A stretch of 42,414 nt of DNA from Coleofasciculus chthonoplastes F2-STO-03. GTDB lineage: Bacteria; Cyanobacteriota; Cyanobacteriia; Cyanobacteriales; Coleofasciculaceae. The notes below the pieces were generated by a model. That model saw only the letters and a list, made by a program, of their open reading frames with translations. It made no database searches and was not told the origin of the DNA. Location: positions 1 to 42,414 of the forward strand of contig JAVJWO010000033.1 of assembly GCA_040222015.1 (NCBI GenBank). The letters are read 5' to 3'. Position numbers and translations under genes: made by a program. Shown here one piece after another: positions 38,251 through 42,414 of this stretch (position 1 is the stretch's first letter; every line of letters begins with the position of its first letter).

Positions 38251-38907
38251 TTAAACATCTAGATAGGGTTGCAGTTGAGACTGTAGTCTTGAGCGAGCTC
38301 TAGCGATACGCGACTTGACGGTTCCCAGGGATACGCCTGTAATTTCGGCAATCTCTTCATAAGCCATCCCTTCAATTTCTCGCAAGACAATCGTCGTGCG
38401 GAATGCTTCTGGCAAGTCTTTAATGGCTTCTCGTAGCTGGGCGTAAAATTCCCGCGTTGCCATATTGTCTTCTGGACTTGGACCATCAGCAGCAATTTCC
38501 CAATCCATCTCACCATCATCCATCCGACGCGGTGCATCCAGTGACAATGGCGGAGCTACCCGCTTGCGCTTGCGTAGCTCATCATAGAAAAGATTGGTCG
38601 CGATACGACTCAACCAACCCTTAAATTTAACAGGTTCATTGAGGCGTTTAATATTCCGGTAAACTCTAATCCAAACTTCTTGCGCCAAGTCAGGTCTGTC
38701 CTGCCAATCTGGAGCCAGATGGTATAAAACCTTCTCCACATGGGACTGATATCGGCGTAGCAGTTCAGCAAAAGCAGCTCTGTCAGGAGTAATGCCGTCC
38801 TGACAGCGCAAAATTAAATCGTAGTTCGAGAGTTTTTCTGGTTGCACCGTCACATTATTGGGTGTGACCTCAACCGGGGACCAGGATAGAGAAATCGATT
38901 GGCTCAT
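38251..38907 (-). CDS. sigG: ECF RNA polymerase sigma factor SigG
   Basis: DLAQEVWIRVYR, WLSRIATNLFYDELRK, YEEIAEITGVSLGTVKSRIARAR. Confidence 0.92.
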   Translation of the reverse strand: MSQSISLSWSPVEVTPNNVTVQPEKLSNYDLILRCQDGITPDRAAFAELLRRYQSHVEKVLYHLAPDWQDRPDLAQEVWIRVYRNIKRLNEPVKFKGWLSRIATNLFYDELRKRKRVAPPLSLDAPRRMDDGEMDWEIAADGPSPEDNMATREFYAQLREAIKDLPEAFRTTIVLREIEGMAYEEIAEITGVSLGTVKSRIARARSRLQSQLQPYLDV

Positions 38908-38943
38908 GGATGGTAATGGGTGCTAGAACATCCTTACTTTTCA

Positions 38944-38970
38944 CAGACGCCTGACTTCACGTAGAGTTCC
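38944..38970 (-). promoter_or_regulatory. ECF-type autoregulatory promoter of sigG
   Basis: Minus strand GGAAC-N17-GTCTG ending 37 nt before the start codon. Confidence 0.65.
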
Positions 38971-39227
38971 CGCTTAGATTAGCAAAGGCTTGGTTGGGGT
39001 GAATAAACTAAATTTTAATTATCTCTATTCAAACCTACCAAGTACATCCTCCAAACGGGTAGTGTTTCCCGTCAAGTTTCAATATGGCATCTGGAAAAGC
39101 CTATCATCATTCTTCTAGAGGAAAGACATCCTATCCGGAAAAAAGGGTAAGACGGCTGCCAATGTCAAATATAAAGTGGTTTTGATAAGTTAGAGTTGCC
39201 TCGGTTGTGATAGCCTCCTAAGTTATT

Positions 39228-39974
39228 ATGGGTGGAACCTTCTCACTAAAAACTAGCTTAATGCTGCTTTGCTTTGGAGCAGCAGGATTATTATTGTTAG
39301 TGGCGTGGCAACAACGTCAATCAATACCACTCCCCTCTGAGATTGCCCAATCGGTTCAGAAGACATTTCCTGGAACGGAGAATGAGAACGACTTGGATTC
39401 ACCTCAGTCACCTGGGAAGTACGGTGAATGGATTAGAAAGCGAATGGCACTTGATTGGGCATGGGGATTAGATGCGCCTGTTCCCCTAGCCGGATTAATC
39501 CTACCCCATCCAGGTTCTTCTGAGCGAAACGCGATCGCCCAAGTATTACCCCTGACTCCCCATCTGAATCAGGCGATAGTTGCTTTGGATGTGCGGCTAG
39601 TTGTGGATTTGAGTGATGCTAAGGTGTACAGTTACTGGGGGGAGCAAGAGCTCGCTAGCTATCCGGTTGCTGTGGGTCAACCGGGTTGGGAAACGCCGAC
39701 TGGTAACTTTAAGGTTCTCCGTAAACAGCGTAACCCCATCTGGCGACAACCGATTACGGGCGACTTAATCCCCACTGGACCGGATAACCCCTTAGGCGAT
39801 CGCTGGATCGGATTTTGGTCTGACGAACACCATCAGATAGGCTTTCATGGCACTAATGATGAAGATCTAGTGGGTAAGCCAGTTTCTCACGGCTGCTTAC
39901 GAATGCGAAATGCTGATATTCAGGCGTTGTATGACCAAATTCAAGTCGGAACGCCTATCTTGGTAAGGAAGTAA
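39228..39974 (+). CDS. L,D-transpeptidase (YkuD family)
   Basis: YPVAVG..ETPTG, NPLG.RWI, IGFHGT..VSHGCLRM. Confidence 0.93.
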   Translation: MGGTFSLKTSLMLLCFGAAGLLLLVAWQQRQSIPLPSEIAQSVQKTFPGTENENDLDSPQSPGKYGEWIRKRMALDWAWGLDAPVPLAGLILPHPGSSERNAIAQVLPLTPHLNQAIVALDVRLVVDLSDAKVYSYWGEQELASYPVAVGQPGWETPTGNFKVLRKQRNPIWRQPITGDLIPTGPDNPLGDRWIGFWSDEHHQIGFHGTNDEDLVGKPVSHGCLRMRNADIQALYDQIQVGTPILVRK

Positions 39975-40008
39975 TTCGTCATTTGTCATTCGTCATTTGT
40001 CATTCGTC
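39974..40008. repeat. Heptamer tandem repeat ATTYGTC x5 (STRR type)
   Basis: Read directly from the sequence. Confidence 0.85.
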
Positions 40009-40078
40009 ACACTCACAAAGCGAGAAGTAAGCTACGTTATTGGTTGTCTTCCCCATCTTCCTCATCTTCCCAACGCCT

Positions 40079-40633
40079 CTAGGGACTTTTGAGATCAGAT
40101 TTGGGTTCAAAGTTGGGGGCGTAATCTTGGAGTAAGGAACTCACCTGCTGGAACAGATCTTTGCCGCTATCTCTACGAATCGCTTGGCGTTCAGAGCCAA
40201 AATCGGGTCGATGTTGATTTTGCATGATCGCTGTATCCACTTGCTGAGTAATTAACTCTTGCAGTTCTTCTTTGGCTCGTTGACGTTGGTATTTTGCCCC
40301 TTCTTCTGTGGTAGCGTACAGAGGGGGAAGTCGATTCAGAGCATAGGCGGCAATATCGCCCACATCCAGCACCTGATCGCTAGTTGCTTCAATTTCAGCC
40401 ACTTGCGCGATCGCTTCGGTGAGTACCAACTCCTCCATCACATTAATAAACTGCTTGCGCGGAACGGCGACGACTTCACCCGTCAACAGCGCTCCCATCA
40501 GGCGATCCAACGCCATATATTCTTCGATCGAAAGCTCTGATGCTGTATCACAAATACGCCCAACCTCAGTTTCCATGACTGGGGTTAAGTAACCATCTTG
40601 CAGAGCTTGTTCTACGATTTTTTCAATACTCAT
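40079..40633 (-). CDS. ComFB-domain protein (CdgR-like putative cyclic dinucleotide receptor)
   Basis: FINVMEELV..DIAAYALNRLPPLYATTEEG ComFB signature. Confidence 0.85.
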   Translation of the reverse strand: MSIEKIVEQALQDGYLTPVMETEVGRICDTASELSIEEYMALDRLMGALLTGEVVAVPRKQFINVMEELVLTEAIAQVAEIEATSDQVLDVGDIAAYALNRLPPLYATTEEGAKYQRQRAKEELQELITQQVDTAIMQNQHRPDFGSERQAIRRDSGKDLFQQVSSLLQDYAPNFEPKSDLKSP

Positions 40634-41110
40634 CGAAAATTGGGGTTGGTAAGGGAGCGAATGGAAACCCCTGTCATTTATGCCTATGGAGGAATTCGCC
40701 CCCTTACATAAATAGCACTCCGACAGGACTTCCTTATTTAAAAGCCCCTACCGCCTTGGATTTACTGACGACGTTCGACATATTGCATTTGCCTTTCGTC
40801 TGGGCAGTTACAGACTCGTGCTTTTAACCTGTACGCATAGGGGTTGTTTGGTTGCCCGGTGAGGGGCGACTTCCGTTTCCGGAGTAATGTGGGTCCTCGC
40901 CAATGTTATGCCTCGGTACTATCCAGAAAGCACTGCTTTAACCCCAGTAAGGCTGTTGTTTAACTTTCTGGTTCTAGAGCTTGGAGCTGGCACGCATCCC
41001 AAGGTAGGAACTTCGACTCTTGAGCATAACGTAGACCGCGTAGGTCTTAGGCTGGTCAGGTATGGGCTTTATTTCAAGCCCCCGGAACCTATAGCCGTGG
41101 GGTTCCTGAC
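40634..41110 (-). mobile_element. Non-autonomous IscB/IsrB-type IS200/IS605 element lacking the nuclease ORF
   Basis: Starts GTCAGGAACCCCACGGCTATAGG..; the other end is GCGAATTCCTCC..GGGGTTTCCATTCGC; followed by ATGA. Confidence 0.72.
40860..41110 (-). ncRNA. HEARO / IscB omegaRNA scaffold
   Basis: Ordered motifs GTCA..CCCC..GGGGCTTG..TGACCAGCCTAAG..CTACGTT..GCCAGCT..GCTCT..GTTAAACA..CAGTG..AACATTGGCGAGG..CATTAC. Confidence 0.8.
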
Positions 41111-41232
41111 GGTAGTTGGATTGTGTTGCCCATTCGTCGCTCAGATCAGGGGAGACTTACCAGAGTTTACCTTAAACAAAACCCATAAGTGTATAAGATG
41201 GGGAAAAACTTCAAAAAAACTTAAACCCTGTG

Positions 41233-42195
41233 TTAGTCAATACCGTCAAATCTCCAGGGCACTGGATCTACAGCAATGCCATGAACATACAGTCCCCAGT
41301 GCAAATGCGGTCCCGTAGAAGCTCCCGTTGAACCCACTGTACCAATTCTTTGATCGGCTTGGACAAAATCTCCTTCTTGAACGTCGATTTGATTTAGGTG
41401 CAGCATAATACTCAACACCCCTTGACCATGGTCAATTCCGACTGTATTGCCATGAACATTAAACCCCTGTGATTCTCGTCCCACTAACGCCACTCGTCCG
41501 GCGGCGGGGGCGACGACAGGTGAACCTGTTCCAGCCGCGTAATCAACGCCTCGATGATAATAATCCTCGGCGAATACTCCGTTATAATAACGACGCACGC
41601 CAAACACCGTAGACACTCGACCTACATTAGGTCTGACTAAGGGTCCATTCCAGAACTTTTGAGGCGTCACCAATGTTTTAAACTCAGCCACCCGATTGAG
41701 TTCCAGTTCTGTGGCGGATCGGTTGGCACTACCCGATAGTCGGATACGCTGGGTGGGAAATGATCGATTTTTCAGGAATACAGCCAGGTTCCTCACCTCA
41801 CCATCCCCAATGACTTGAAATTCTAAACGTCCGGATTTATCCAGAGGAGTGGTTGGGAGTAAGGCGCGATAGCGATTGGCGGTGACAGGAAAGGCGGGAT
41901 AGATTTTTTGCCCGATGGACACGCTTGGCGGTTGAGTCGTGGTTTCTGTGTCAATCATCACCGACAGCGTATCCCCTAACTGAGGACTTTCTGGGGTTAC
42001 GCGCACTTGCAGCGCGATCGCGGTTTGAGTCTTAAGCGCCAAAACTGTTGCTAGACCTACAGTTAATGCTGTAGTCAACCGTCCTTTGATGCCCCATGGT
42101 TGAGGAAGGAAATGTCGCGGAGTGACTGGAGGCAGTTGACTGGGAATTCCTGAACTCTGGGTGTTGAGTCTGGCTTTTTCAATGTCTTCAACCAT
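41233..42195 (-). CDS. M23 family metallopeptidase
   Basis: HRGVD (HxxxD), GNTVGIDHGQG, STGPHLHW (HxH). Confidence 0.95.
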   Translation of the reverse strand: MVEDIEKARLNTQSSGIPSQLPPVTPRHFLPQPWGIKGRLTTALTVGLATVLALKTQTAIALQVRVTPESPQLGDTLSVMIDTETTTQPPSVSIGQKIYPAFPVTANRYRALLPTTPLDKSGRLEFQVIGDGEVRNLAVFLKNRSFPTQRIRLSGSANRSATELELNRVAEFKTLVTPQKFWNGPLVRPNVGRVSTVFGVRRYYNGVFAEDYYHRGVDYAAGTGSPVVAPAAGRVALVGRESQGFNVHGNTVGIDHGQGVLSIMLHLNQIDVQEGDFVQADQRIGTVGSTGASTGPHLHWGLYVHGIAVDPVPWRFDGID

Positions 42196-42414
42196 TATCT
42201 TTTTGATTTGATGTGGGAGTATGTCACCGTCTTGAACCTCAATTCAAACTGTTACCACAAAATAAGGCGATCGCAGCACTACAGCTATAAACCTGTTCAC
42301 TGATTGCTTAACTGAACTCGACAGAGCCTGATACTGGCGTTCATATCAAGGTGTCGTGACCCGTCTAACGTAGACTACGGTGAGTCTCAGTCTGCACGTT
42401 CCGACGCAAGTCCA

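Noticed and set aside
40887..41318. 143-aa plus-strand ORF
   Set aside because: Antisense to the HEARO scaffold and the M23 gene end, with no protein motifs.

Overview
Chromosomal window from a cyanobacterium. Evidence: frequent HIP1 GCGATCGC octamers, glnB, flv1/flv3, sigG and a cyanobacterial tmRNA tag. The dense short repeats suggest a filamentous, Coleofasciculus-like genome (inference). Housekeeping and signalling genes include glnB, ssrA, an FHA-GAF adenylate cyclase, a Xi-class GST, flv3-flv1, ispF, trpD, kinases, a GT39 glycosyltransferase, exbB, sigG/anti-sigma, an L,D-transpeptidase, ComFB and an M23 peptidase. These are interleaved with accessory DNA: two toxin-antitoxin pairs, a split NACHT/WD40 pair, Uma2, a vanadium haloperoxidase and many REP/MITE-like repeats. 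The most notable feature is a GxxExxY PD-(D/E)XK nuclease gene between flv3 and flv1, bracketed by inverted arrays of four CGCAGAGG units. Two solo arrays occur elsewhere, and a strong orientation-dependent G/T skew surrounds every array. Also notable are three IS200/IS605 (OMEGA) elements, each in sense orientation just upstream of a host gene: an intact tnpB between an NtcA box and glnB, a TnpB omegaRNA remnant before exbB, and an orphan IscB-type (HEARO) omegaRNA element ending at the ComFB start codon. All calls come from reading motifs by eye; no database searches were run.
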